A program made the translations under genes and the position numbers. From contig OY781945.1 in the NCBI GenBank assembly GCA_963677435.1, forward strand, positions 2,464,001-2,528,000: DNA of 64,000 bases, given 5' to 3'. Below, piece after piece: positions 20,589 to 30,688 of the stretch; the stretch's first letter is position 1, and the number at the start of each line of letters is the position of its first letter. The notes under the pieces were generated by a model. The model was given only the letters and a program-made list of their open reading frames with translations, was not told the DNA's origin and made no database searches. The DNA is from an uncultured Aliarcobacter sp. (GTDB lineage Bacteria > Campylobacterota > Campylobacteria > Campylobacterales > Arcobacteraceae).

Positions 20589-21200
20589 TTAATAAATTAA
20601 TTCTTTTATTATTTTACAAGGATTTCCACCTGCAACTACATTTGTTGGTATAGATTTAGTTACTATTGATCCATTTGCAATAACACTATTATCTCCAATA
20701 TATACACCTTTAAGAATTTTTACATTAGAACCTATAAATACATTTTTTCCTATAATAACCTTTGCAGTAGAAGGAGTACCATCAGTTCTTTTTTTAGGAT
20801 TTAAATCATGAAAATCACTATCTGTAACTTCAAAATTTATTCCAATAAGGGTTTTTTCACCTATTTCTATACCTTCTCCATCACTAATAATGATAAAATT
20901 ATTATTAATCCAAACATTATCTTTAATAAGTATTTGAGAATCATTTTTTCTTGCTTCTATGTAACCATAACTAGAATAAAAATATGGACTTGTATTGACT
21001 CCTAAATTAACATTTTTGCCAAAAGTTATTATCCCCATACCAGATAATTGAACTGGTTGATTTATTTTAGCTTTTCCTATTATACGTGAACAATTAGAAA
21101 TAAATTTAAAGAATAATATTCGTGGATATTGAAATAATATATATGCTAGAATATTCTTTAGTTTCCGTTTCATTTTAAAAATTATTTCACTCGAAAGCAT
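20589..21200 (-). CDS. Hexapeptide-repeat (LbH) acyltransferase, probable O-acetyltransferase
   Basis: [47 protein letters not shown]. Confidence 0.88.
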   Translation of the reverse strand: MLSSEIIFKMKRKLKNILAYILFQYPRILFFKFISNCSRIIGKAKINQPVQLSGMGIITFGKNVNLGVNTSPYFYSSYGYIEARKNDSQILIKDNVWINNNFIIISDGEGIEIGEKTLIGINFEVTDSDFHDLNPKKRTDGTPSTAKVIIGKNVFIGSNVKILKGVYIGDNSVIANGSIVTKSIPTNVVAGGNPCKIIKELIY

Positions 21201-22287
21201 TTATCAACCTTACTATTTCTCTAGTATTTTTTAAACACTGAACTCCACTAATCGGTAAACTCAAAACTTCATCATGAATTTGTTCACATATTAAATGATT
21301 TTCAGTTTCCCACTCTTTATAAGCATTTTGCTTATATGGTGGAATTGGATAGTGAATCAATGTCTGAATATCATTATCAGCTAAATATCTTTGTAATTCA
21401 TCTCTTTTATTTGTTCTTATCACAAACAGATGCCATACATGATTATCTTCTACCCTTACAGTTGGCAAAATTAATTTATAATTTTTGATATTTTGTAAGT
21501 AATAGTTTGCTATTTCTCTTCTTTTATTTGATTCATCATCTAAATATCTAAGTTTAACTCTAAGTATTGCAGCTTGGATTTCATCAAGTCTACTATTAAT
21601 ACCTTTATATAAATTCTCATATTTTTTATGGCTTCCATAATTAGCTAATGCTCTAATGGCATTTGCTAAATCTTCATCATTAGTAGTCACTGCTCCACCA
21701 TCACCTAAAGCTCCAAGATTTTTACCTGGATAAAAACTAAATCCACTGGCATCTCCAAGATTTCCACTTCTTTTATCTTTATAATATGCGCCATGAGATT
21801 GAGCTGAATCTTCTATAACTTTTAAATTATTTTTTTTTGCAATTTCATTTATTGTATCCATATCACAAGTTTGACCATAAAGGTGAACAGGTAAAATAGC
21901 TTTTGTTTTTGATGTAATTTTTTCTTCAATTTTATTTGGATCAATTAAATATGTATTAATATCAGGTTCAACTAAAACAGGAACTAAATTATTTTGAGAA
22001 ATTGCCAAAATCGAAGCTATATATGTATTTGATGGAACTATTATTTCATCACCATCATTCATAATTCCTAATTCTTTATATGCTCGCAATATTAAGATTA
22101 AAGCATCAAGTCCATTTGCTACGCCAATAGCGTATTTCGTACCACAATATTGTGCAAACTCTTTATCGAACTCTTTGCATTCGTTCCCTTGGATATACCA
22201 ACCACTATCAATTACTTTTGTACAAGCATCTATTAATTCAGCTCTATATTGAGCATTTATACCTTTTAAATCTAAAAATGGAATCAT
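21187..22287 (-). CDS. fdtB: dTDP-3-amino-3,6-dideoxyhexose aminotransferase (DegT family, FdtB/QdtB-like)
   Basis: [50 protein letters not shown]; next to a 3,4-ketoisomerase. Confidence 0.85.
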   Translation of the reverse strand: MIPFLDLKGINAQYRAELIDACTKVIDSGWYIQGNECKEFDKEFAQYCGTKYAIGVANGLDALILILRAYKELGIMNDGDEIIVPSNTYIASILAISQNNLVPVLVEPDINTYLIDPNKIEEKITSKTKAILPVHLYGQTCDMDTINEIAKKNNLKVIEDSAQSHGAYYKDKRSGNLGDASGFSFYPGKNLGALGDGGAVTTNDEDLANAIRALANYGSHKKYENLYKGINSRLDEIQAAILRVKLRYLDDESNKRREIANYYLQNIKNYKLILPTVRVEDNHVWHLFVIRTNKRDELQRYLADNDIQTLIHYPIPPYKQNAYKEWETENHLICEQIHDEVLSLPISGVQCLKNTREIVRLINAFE

Positions 22288-22290
22288 CTT

Positions 22291-22800
22291 TTATTTACCT
22301 TTACATTCATTACAAATTAATTTATCATCACACTTTTGTCCACACTTACAAACATACCCTTTATGAATTGCAGGATTTCCATACCAAAGTTCTTGTACCC
22401 CTACATTCTTAGTTACAACACTTCCTGCACCTATCATTGCAAATTCTTCTATAATTACACCACCTACAACCGTACTATTCGCACCTATTGAGGCTGATTT
22501 TTTTATAGTAGTTTTTAAAAATGCTTTTGGATATTGTTTACTTCGTGGTAAAAAATCATTTGTAAAAGTTACATTTGGACCAATAAATACATTATCTTCT
22601 AAAGTAATTCCATCCCAAATTTGGACACCACTTTTTACTGTAACATTATCTCCGATAATTACATCATTTTCTATAAGAACTTGAGCATTAATATTACAGT
22701 TATTTCCAATTTTTGCATTTTTTAAGACTATACAAAATTGCCAAATATTTGTATTTTCTCCAATATTTATCGTTTGTACATCTGCTAATTTATGAATCAT
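22291..22800 (-). CDS. Sugar N-acyltransferase, LbH fold (FdtC/QdtC/WxcM-like) with Cys-rich C-terminal tail
   Basis: [35 protein letters not shown]; tail [16 protein letters not shown]. Confidence 0.85.
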   Translation of the reverse strand: MIHKLADVQTINIGENTNIWQFCIVLKNAKIGNNCNINAQVLIENDVIIGDNVTVKSGVQIWDGITLEDNVFIGPNVTFTNDFLPRSKQYPKAFLKTTIKKSASIGANSTVVGGVIIEEFAMIGAGSVVTKNVGVQELWYGNPAIHKGYVCKCGQKCDDKLICNECKGK

Positions 22801-23195
22801 TAGTTAACTACTTCTACAAATTTATCATAATCAGTTATATAATCATTTGCATCATAATATTCATCTGCTAAAACCATAAGTACACAATCATTACTAAAAT
22901 CATGCATACTTCCCCAAATAAGCGCATCTTGAAAAAGTCCTAAATTTGGTTTATTTAAATCAAATGTTTCTTTAATTTTTCCATTATCTAGAGTAACTTT
23001 ACAGCTACCATTTACCGCTACTAGAAACTGTTTAGTTTTATAATGAGAGTGATTTCCTCTTGGAACTTCTTCTTTTGTACTATAGATATAGAAAACTCTT
23101 TTAACATCAAAAGGTATTTGCTTATTTGCTTCAAGGGCTACTAATTGACCTCGATGATCTCCTAGTACATTAAATTCTTGTAAATTTGTTATCAT
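22800..23195 (-). CDS. fdtA: dTDP-4-keto-6-deoxyglucose 3,4-ketoisomerase (FdtA/QdtA cupin)
   Basis: [30 protein letters not shown]. Confidence 0.9.
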   Translation of the reverse strand: MITNLQEFNVLGDHRGQLVALEANKQIPFDVKRVFYIYSTKEEVPRGNHSHYKTKQFLVAVNGSCKVTLDNGKIKETFDLNKPNLGLFQDALIWGSMHDFSNDCVLMVLADEYYDANDYITDYDKFVEVVN

Positions 23196-24613
23196 TTTAT
23201 TTTTTCTTTCCTTATATTATAAAATAGTATTATCAAACAAATAATCATACTTGTAAAATAAACTCCAAGATTTATATTATTTTTATTAAAATAAAATACC
23301 ATATAAACAACTATCATTGATATTAGTAACATTAAAATTGATTTAATATTTAAATTAAGTACAAAATACTTATGAGCAACAGTTAATATAATAACTAAAT
23401 AAATCACTTGTGTAACAACATAAGCATAACCTATTCCTATTAGCGAATATTCTGATAAATTAAAATAAACTAAAGTTAAAAAAGAAATATCCCAAAATAA
23501 TGAAAGAAGTACAAATGCAAACATTCGGTTATATGCTAAAAATAACATTCCTAATATCCAAGAAAAAACTTTAAAAAAATCACCCATCAATAAAATATTT
23601 AACAAATCACCAGAAATGTAAAATTCTTCAGAATAAAAAATATAAATAAATTGATTTTTGAATGTTATCATTGTTATAAGTATTGGCAAAAATAAGCTAA
23701 ATGTCATTGATATAACATGGTTAAAAAAATAATCTCTCTCTTTCAAATCCTTAATTGCAGATAATTTTGGTAAAACATAAGTTCCAAAAGAGGACAAGAG
23801 AAAAACAATATATATTGTACCAAGTGTCCACGCAGCATCAAAAATACCTAATTGAGTTAAACCTAACTTTTTTTCAATAAAAAATCTAAGATATAAGATA
23901 GTTATTATTCCAGCTATTCCTGTAATTAAGCTACCAAAAGAAAACCCTACAAAGTGATTAATATTAGCTTTTTGTAAAGGTTCAAATAAACTACTATACC
24001 ATTCAACTTTTATATTATTTTTTTTAATAAAATAAAAATTTATCAAAAACCATGAAAAATTAATTATTACTAGTATTGAAGCATACATATAATTTGTTGG
24101 AAAAAAATACAAAATAGGCAAACTAAATAATGAACCTACAAATGCAGAAAATATTTGAGACAATGCCATTTGACCTAATTTTCTATTTGCATTTAAAACT
24201 GAATTATAAATAATATTTATAGAACCAAATATAGCAGAAATCATAATAATCAATAAAGTAATACCATCAACTTCTAAAATTGTAGTAAAAAAATACTCCT
24301 TAATTACAGTTATTAGACACATATATAAAATAACCATAACTATTGTATTAATAATAACTATTTTGATAGCATTATTAATGTAACAATGTTTATCTTCTAT
24401 TGAATTATTAGATAATCCTTGAACAATTGCAATATTACTACTTATAGAAAATAAAAGAACTAACATTTTTGAAAAATCTCTTAGGAGTGAAAATACTCCT
24501 ATTCCTTGTGGGCCAGAGATTATTGCTATAAATTTAATCAAAACAGAACTTAATAACATTGTTATGATTGAACCAGTTGCAGTTTTTGAAAAAGCCTTAA
24601 AGAAACTATTCAT
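23192..24613 (-). CDS. wzx: Wzx O-antigen flippase
   Basis: About 12 TM MOP-family protein; KFIAIISGPQGIG, GDFFKVFSW. Start refined to the ATG overlapping the upstream stop (ATGA at 24610-24613). Confidence 0.85.
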   Translation of the reverse strand: MNSFFKAFSKTATGSIITMLLSSVLIKFIAIISGPQGIGVFSLLRDFSKMLVLLFSISSNIAIVQGLSNNSIEDKHCYINNAIKIVIINTIVMVILYMCLITVIKEYFFTTILEVDGITLLIIMISAIFGSINIIYNSVLNANRKLGQMALSQIFSAFVGSLFSLPILYFFPTNYMYASILVIINFSWFLINFYFIKKNNIKVEWYSSLFEPLQKANINHFVGFSFGSLITGIAGIITILYLRFFIEKKLGLTQLGIFDAAWTLGTIYIVFLLSSFGTYVLPKLSAIKDLKERDYFFNHVISMTFSLFLPILITMITFKNQFIYIFYSEEFYISGDLLNILLMGDFFKVFSWILGMLFLAYNRMFAFVLLSLFWDISFLTLVYFNLSEYSLIGIGYAYVVTQVIYLVIILTVAHKYFVLNLNIKSILMLLISMIVVYMVFYFNKNNINLGVYFTSMIICLIILFYNIRKEKIK

Positions 24614-25593
24614 AATCTTTTGAATTTCCAATATAATTTATTAATAAAATCAATTTTATAAACTTTATAAATTACTTTATGGCAAAAATTAGGTAAAAGC
24701 AATAAAGGTAACTGAAAAATCCAAAATTTTGGATTATCTCCAAAATTAGTAATTAATTTTTTTAATATTTCAATATTTAATTTAAATCCTAGTCGTTTAG
24801 CTGATGAAATTTTTCTACTTAAAATTAAATTTATTTTATTCTTTGAAAATTTAATATTTTCTTTTGAGTAATATTTTAAAGGAAAATTTGACACTATTTC
24901 CATCAAATTACACAAAATAGAAATAGATCTACCATTACTATTTCCTTCTCCTTCAAATGATTCTCCAGCATTAACGACAAATGGTTTTGATACACAAAAT
25001 GCATTATAATCTACTAAATAATCATATAAAGATGCAAATTGAACCCAATTTGAATCAAAGTACTTTTGATAATTTGAGTTTAGAAAACCCTCTTTATTAT
25101 GTATTACTGAAGATAAAAAGTTAGTTGAGATTCCTGCTGTTTCTAAAAAAAGATTTGCATTTTTACAATAAATATCACTTTCAATATCAAGCCATTTTTC
25201 TTTTAAAAAGATTTTTTTTCTTGTATCAAATAAACTGAAATTTACAAAAACTGCACCCAAGTTCTGATAAGAAGATAATATATTTAAAATATAAGATATT
25301 GCACCATTCTCTAAATAATCATCATCTCCTATAACCCAAACATATTTACCTTTTGCTCTTTCAATAGATAAGGCAATATTTCTATCTGCACCAACATTCT
25401 TTTCATTGCAAAAATAAGAAATATTTGGATATTCTTTAACTATAAGTTCAATATCGTCTGTAGATTTATTATTTGAAACTAAAATTTCAATTCTATTGTC
25501 ATACTGCTTTAAAATACTATCAATAAGTCTTTTTATTGTAGATCCACCATTATAAGTGGGAATAGATATTGTTAATATAATTTCATTTGTCAT
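24610..25593 (-). CDS. Glycosyltransferase family 2 (RfbV/WbaV dideoxyhexosyltransferase-like)
   Basis: LTISIPTYN, NNKSTD, NVGADRN, YVWVIGDDD; directly downstream of ddhC. Confidence 0.85.
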   Translation of the reverse strand: MTNEIILTISIPTYNGGSTIKRLIDSILKQYDNRIEILVSNNKSTDDIELIVKEYPNISYFCNEKNVGADRNIALSIERAKGKYVWVIGDDDYLENGAISYILNILSSYQNLGAVFVNFSLFDTRKKIFLKEKWLDIESDIYCKNANLFLETAGISTNFLSSVIHNKEGFLNSNYQKYFDSNWVQFASLYDYLVDYNAFCVSKPFVVNAGESFEGEGNSNGRSISILCNLMEIVSNFPLKYYSKENIKFSKNKINLILSRKISSAKRLGFKLNIEILKKLITNFGDNPKFWIFQLPLLLLPNFCHKVIYKVYKIDFINKLYWKFKRL

Positions 25594-26918
25594 TTACTTA
25601 CAAAATCTCTAATTTTTTTAATCATATAATTAATAGCGTCATCACCCATTCCAGGATATAAACCTATCCAAAAACTATCATTCATGATTTTATCTGTTAT
25701 TTTTAAATCACCTACTATTCTATAATCCTGACTTAAAATCATACTATCAAACATAGGATGTCTCGTCATATTTCCTGCAAAAAGATTTCTTGTTTGTATT
25801 TTATTTGCTTCAAGAAACTCTACAAGCTCATTTCTTGTAAAATTAACTCCATCTTTTAGAGTCATCATAAATCCAAACCAACTTGGGTCAGAATTTGGTT
25901 GAGTTTCTACTAAATGAAGTTGTTCTAAATCTTTTAAACCATCATATAATTTCTTTTGATTCTCTTTTCTTTTCTCAACAAATGTTGGAAATTTTTCAAG
26001 TTGTGCACACCCAATTGCAGCTTGCATATCTGAAACTTTTAAATTAAATCCAAAATGAGAATAAACATATTTATGGTCATACCCCTTTGGTAATGTTCCA
26101 AAACTTTGTGAAAATCTACATCCACAAGTATTATCTACACCACTTTCACACCAACAATCTCTTCCCCAATCTCTCATCGAAAGCATAATCTTTTTAAGAA
26201 GTAAATTATCTGTATAAGTAGCTCCTCCTTCTCCCATAGTCATATGGTGTGGTGGATAAAAACTTGAGGTACCAATATCTCCCCAAGTACCAGTTGGTTT
26301 TCCTTCATAAGTAGAACCTAACGCATCACAGTTATCTTCAATAAGCCAAAGATTATGCTTATCACAAAACTCTTTTACAGCTCTTAAATTAAATGGATTA
26401 CCTAAACTATGAGCTATCATTACAGCTTTTGTTTTAGGACTAAGTGCAAGTTCAAGTTGAGTAACATCTACATTTGCATATGTTAAATCCATATCTACAA
26501 ATACAGGAACTGCACCATATTGAACTATTGGAGCTACTGTTGTAGGAAATCCAGCAGCAACAGTGATAACTTCATCTCCTCTTTTTACTTGTCTTTCTTT
26601 CAAAAGTGGAGAAGTTAAAGCATAAAAAGCAAGAAGATTTGCGCTACTTCCAGAATTCACTAAAAATGCCCATCTAACACCAAGATATTTTGATAATTGT
26701 TTTTCAAACTTTTTAGAATAATCTCCATAAGTTAACCAAAAATCAAGTGAACTATCTACAAGATATTGCATCTCAATTTCGTCAAATACTCGTCCTGCAT
26801 AATTAACTCTAGTTTCTCCATCTATAAACTTTTTTTCTTGAACTGGTTTATGAACTAATTCATAATACTCTTTTGTTTTATTTAATATCTCTTGTTTTAA
26901 TTGTTCTGCTTGTGTCAC
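25590..26918 (-). CDS. rfbH: CDP-4-keto-6-deoxyglucose 3-dehydrase (E1, DdhC/RfbH)
   Basis: VNSGSSANL, EDNCDALG, SFYPPHHMTMGEGG (His where aminotransferases have Lys), RDCWC...NTC Fe-S ligands, GYDHKY. Start refined to GTG at 26918 with AAGGA upstream. Confidence 0.93.
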   Translation of the reverse strand: MTQAEQLKQEILNKTKEYYELVHKPVQEKKFIDGETRVNYAGRVFDEIEMQYLVDSSLDFWLTYGDYSKKFEKQLSKYLGVRWAFLVNSGSSANLLAFYALTSPLLKERQVKRGDEVITVAAGFPTTVAPIVQYGAVPVFVDMDLTYANVDVTQLELALSPKTKAVMIAHSLGNPFNLRAVKEFCDKHNLWLIEDNCDALGSTYEGKPTGTWGDIGTSSFYPPHHMTMGEGGATYTDNLLLKKIMLSMRDWGRDCWCESGVDNTCGCRFSQSFGTLPKGYDHKYVYSHFGFNLKVSDMQAAIGCAQLEKFPTFVEKRKENQKKLYDGLKDLEQLHLVETQPNSDPSWFGFMMTLKDGVNFTRNELVEFLEANKIQTRNLFAGNMTRHPMFDSMILSQDYRIVGDLKITDKIMNDSFWIGLYPGMGDDAINYMIKKIRDFVSK

Positions 26919-27841
26919 TATTTTCCTTTCCACATATTATTAATTTTTTTTAAATAAGGGTCATTTATAACAGACTCTTTATCTAAATTTTCAAAATTGT
27001 TTTTAAAATATTCTCTCATTTTTGAAATAGCATTTTTATGAGTTGTAAACTCAAAGTTTCCTATTTCACTTAAAACTCTTTGATTATTTGATGTATATTC
27101 ATTATTTAATCCATCATTTAATACTCTCATTTCTGATTTAAAATCACTTATTTCATTTACTAAATTTGCTAAGCTTATTAAATCTATTTTTGTTCCCGTT
27201 GTAACATTATAAATTTTTTCTTTTGTTTCATTATGTATTGTCCAATCTATCATTTTTACTAAATCATCAATATAAATATAATCAAAATAAACATTTTTAT
27301 TAATGATAATAGGAAGATGTAGAAGATTCTTAACAATTGCATTTGATATAAATTTAAATCTATAATTCTCATATTCTCCATAAGCACCAAAAATTCTTAA
27401 TTGAATAATATTTTCAGCTTTTTCTATAAACCTTGATGTAATAGATTTATAAAATCCATATTCATCTAGAGGTTGAATTTGTAAATAATCATCTTCTTTA
27501 GCATTAACAATTGGTTTATGTTTACCATATTCTGCACCACTTCCAAATGATATTATTTTTTTTACCTTTTTTTCATTTTTAGTAATATTGAAAAAAATTC
27601 TAAGATTATACTCTGTGACATTTTTCATATCCAATGTTACTCTATCTCCACCTTTATTGGCTAGGTGAATAATAATATCTATTTTATTTAACAAAATGTA
27701 ATCATCAACCGCTATCTCATTTGCTAAATCAAGTTCTTTACTTGATGGAGTAAATAAAGTATATTTAGAATAAGAATTATTTAAATACTCTTTTAGATGT
27801 GAGCCTACAAATCCATTTGCTCCAGTAATAAATATGTTCAT
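26918..27841 (-). CDS. NAD-dependent sugar epimerase/reductase (extended SDR), candidate YerF-like reductase
   Basis: FITGANGFVG, FGSGAEYG, YGFYK, LRIFGAYG, FDYIYIDD; lies between the ThDP enzyme and ddhC. Confidence 0.75.
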   Translation of the reverse strand: MNIFITGANGFVGSHLKEYLNNSYSKYTLFTPSSKELDLANEIAVDDYILLNKIDIIIHLANKGGDRVTLDMKNVTEYNLRIFFNITKNEKKVKKIISFGSGAEYGKHKPIVNAKEDDYLQIQPLDEYGFYKSITSRFIEKAENIIQLRIFGAYGEYENYRFKFISNAIVKNLLHLPIIINKNVYFDYIYIDDLVKMIDWTIHNETKEKIYNVTTGTKIDLISLANLVNEISDFKSEMRVLNDGLNNEYTSNNQRVLSEIGNFEFTTHKNAISKMREYFKNNFENLDKESVINDPYLKKINNMWKGK

Positions 27842-27845
27842 AAAT

Positions 27846-29594
27846 TTAATTTTCCAAAGGCTTAATAATCATTAAAGATTTTAATTCTTCTTTTGAAATA
27901 AAAGGATGCATATCTTCGATTGGTTTATTAACAATTAATTTTGGCTCAACTGTTGTCAGTTGAATTGGTAGTTCAATATTAATTAATTCTGGTTCATTAT
28001 TTGAAAATATATCTTTTAATTCAAGTTCTAAACTACTAATATCTGCTATTTTTCTAGACTTTATACCATAAGCTTTAGCAATATCAACTAAATTAGGAAC
28101 ACTATAATCATCAATAGTTCCTAAATATTTTTTATCAAAATATAATTCTTGGAATTGTCTTACCATACCTAAATTTTTATTATTTAATACAAATATTTTT
28201 ATAGGTAGTTGTCTTCTTTTTATTACTTCTAATTCTTGAATATTCATTTGAATACCACCATCTCCGGCAATAACAACTGTTCTTTTTTTAGAGCCAATAC
28301 ATGCTCCAATAGCAGAGGGAAGAGCAAAACCCATTGCACCCATTCCACCCGAAAAAAGTACTCTTTGTGATTCTTTTACAATTAAAGATTGAGCAGTCCA
28401 CATTTGATGTTGACCAACATCAACACATATATCCTCATCTTGTAAATATTTTGAAATTGTTAAAACTACATAATTAGGTATTTTTAAATTATTATCTATG
28501 CCTATAGTTGAAGAAAATTTATGTTTATAGGTTTCTAATTTTTCCAACCAAATATTAGTATCAATTTTTATTTCATAACAATTCAACATATCAATAAAGT
28601 CTTTAACATCACTATTTATTTCAATATCAATTTTTATTTTAGACCCTAATTCATTTTTATCTATATCCACCTGAATTAGTTTTGCTTCTCTTGCAAATGT
28701 ATCTAAACTTGTCCCTGTTTGTCGAGTATCTAATCGTGAACCTAAAACAATAATTAAATCGCTATTTGCTAATGCTAAATTCCCATATCTATTTCCATAT
28801 GAACCTATTAATCCAAAATTATAAGAATAATCTTCACTTATTCCATCTTTACCCATAAGAGAATAAACAACTGGAATATTATATTTTTCAACAAATTTTA
28901 AAAGTTTTTCACCTGCATTAGATAATCTTACTCCTCCACCTACTAAGATAATAGGACGTTTAGAACTGTTTAATAAATTTACAGTTTTCTGGATACAATT
29001 TTCTTCTATTTTGTTAGATTTAAAATTAAAATACTCATCATTAAAAAAAGATTTTAAAGAACTAATATCAATTTCAGCTCTTTGAATATCCATTGGTATA
29101 TCAACAAGAACTGGGCCTTTTCTTCCCTCTTGTGACAAATAATAAGCTTTTTCAAGTTCATATCTTATATTTTCAACTTTATCAATCATAACTGCATATT
29201 TAACTATTGGTTTAATAATACTTACAATATCTGTTTCTTGAAATCCTATTTGTCTTACCAATTTATCATATTTATATTCATATGTATTAACTTGACCTGT
29301 AATAAATAATGTTGGTACAGAATCAAAAAAGCAACTTCCTATTGGTGTTATTAAATTTGTAGCACCAGGACCACTTGTTGCAAATGCAACTCCTGATTTG
29401 CCAGTAACTCTTGCATATCCTTCGCAAGCAAATCCAGCTCCTTGTTCATGAATACAATTTATCATTTCCATTTCATTATATTTATCAATAGAATGGTATA
29501 TATGGGCAACGGCTCCACCTATATATCCAAATACTTTATTAATATTCTTTTCTAATAGAAATTCTATTACATAATCTGAAATTTTTATTTTCAT
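27846..29594 (-). CDS. Thiamine diphosphate-dependent carboligase (acetolactate synthase-like), candidate YerE
   Basis: HEQGAGF catalytic Glu, ATSGPGATN, DVGQHQMW, SGGMGAMG, GDGG...NN ThDP motif; embedded in the CDP-sugar module with no ilvH/ilvC neighbour. Start refined to the ATGA overlap at 29591-29594. Confidence 0.85.
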   Translation of the reverse strand: MKIKISDYVIEFLLEKNINKVFGYIGGAVAHIYHSIDKYNEMEMINCIHEQGAGFACEGYARVTGKSGVAFATSGPGATNLITPIGSCFFDSVPTLFITGQVNTYEYKYDKLVRQIGFQETDIVSIIKPIVKYAVMIDKVENIRYELEKAYYLSQEGRKGPVLVDIPMDIQRAEIDISSLKSFFNDEYFNFKSNKIEENCIQKTVNLLNSSKRPIILVGGGVRLSNAGEKLLKFVEKYNIPVVYSLMGKDGISEDYSYNFGLIGSYGNRYGNLALANSDLIIVLGSRLDTRQTGTSLDTFAREAKLIQVDIDKNELGSKIKIDIEINSDVKDFIDMLNCYEIKIDTNIWLEKLETYKHKFSSTIGIDNNLKIPNYVVLTISKYLQDEDICVDVGQHQMWTAQSLIVKESQRVLFSGGMGAMGFALPSAIGACIGSKKRTVVIAGDGGIQMNIQELEVIKRRQLPIKIFVLNNKNLGMVRQFQELYFDKKYLGTIDDYSVPNLVDIAKAYGIKSRKIADISSLELELKDIFSNNEPELINIELPIQLTTVEPKLIVNKPIEDMHPFISKEELKSLMIIKPLEN

Positions 29595-30688
29595 AATGCC
29601 CACTCAATATTCTTACTTTTTGCATCTAGAATATAATCTTCTAAATTTTTTTTAGTGAAAATATTTTTATTTTCTTCGTAATAAGACTTATACCATTTAA
29701 CAGTTTTCTCAAAAGTAATTTTACTATCCCAAACATCTTTCCATTTAAGTAATATGTGAGCTTTGGAACAATCTAGCTTAAGCAAATTTGCTTCATGAAG
29801 TTGATTTGGATCTCTATTTATATCATAATCAATTTTATCCCAATGTTTTTTCACATTTTGAACAACTTCTTCTACAGTTATACTTCCCTCATCACTTGGT
29901 CCAAAATTCCATGCTTCAGCAAATTCTACTTTTTCTTCTAAAAGTTTTTGTCCAACTTGTAAATAACCACTCAAAGGCTCTAATACATGTTGCCAAGGTC
30001 TTGTTGCTTTTGGATTTCTTATACTTACTTTTTTACCTTGTGAAACAGAAAGCATAATATCAGTAATAAGTCTATCTTTTGCCCAATCACCTCCACCTAT
30101 AACATTACCCGCTCGACAAGATGCTAATAAGGTATTATGAGATTTTTTATATTCATTAATATTAAAATAAGAATTTCTATAAGAATTTGCTAAAATATCA
30201 GCGCAACCTTTCGATGAACTATATGGATCATATCCACCCATTGGATCATTTTCTCTATATCCCCAAATCCACTCTTTGTTTTCATAAGCTTTATCACTTG
30301 TAATGTTTACAATAGCTTTTACATTTGATATACGACAAGCTTCAAAAACTTTTAAAGTACCCATAACATTAGTATCATAAGTTTCTATTGGATTTTCATA
30401 TGATAATCTAACTAATGGCTGAGCAGCAAGATGAAAAACAATATCAGGTTTAAATTCATTAAAAATTTGATTTAGCTTATCTAAATCTCTTATATCACCA
30501 ATAATAGAGATAATATCAAGATTTAAAAGTTCTATATGATTTGGATTAGTTGGTGCTTCAAGTGAATAGCCAATAACTCTAGCGCCCATTTGATTTAGCC
30601 AATATACAAGCCAAGAACCTTTAAAACCAGTATGACCCGTAACTAAAACAGTTTTATTTTTATATACTCTTGAAAATAGATTTTGCAT
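29591..30688 (-). CDS. rfbG: CDP-glucose 4,6-dehydratase (DdhB)
   Basis: VTGHTGFKGSWL, HLAAQPLV, TSDKAY, DPYSSSK, RAGNVIGGGDW, RPWQHVLEPL. Start refined to the TAATG overlap at 30688. Confidence 0.96.
   Translation of the reverse strand: MQNLFSRVYKNKTVLVTGHTGFKGSWLVYWLNQMGARVIGYSLEAPTNPNHIELLNLDIISIIGDIRDLDKLNQIFNEFKPDIVFHLAAQPLVRLSYENPIETYDTNVMGTLKVFEACRISNVKAIVNITSDKAYENKEWIWGYRENDPMGGYDPYSSSKGCADILANSYRNSYFNINEYKKSHNTLLASCRAGNVIGGGDWAKDRLITDIMLSVSQGKKVSIRNPKATRPWQHVLEPLSGYLQVGQKLLEEKVEFAEAWNFGPSDEGSITVEEVVQNVKKHWDKIDYDINRDPNQLHEANLLKLDCSKAHILLKWKDVWDSKITFEKTVKWYKSYYEENKNIFTKKNLEDYILDAKSKNIEWAL

Noticed and set aside
21830..21838. Poly-T tract in fdtB (and similar A/T runs) as a phase-variation site
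   Set aside because: A/T runs of 8-9 are expected at this composition, frames are intact, and I saw no long poly-G/C tracts.
27846..29594. Annotation as ilvB/ilvI of branched-chain amino acid synthesis
   Set aside because: No regulatory subunit or other ilv genes nearby; it is translationally coupled within the CDP-sugar module.
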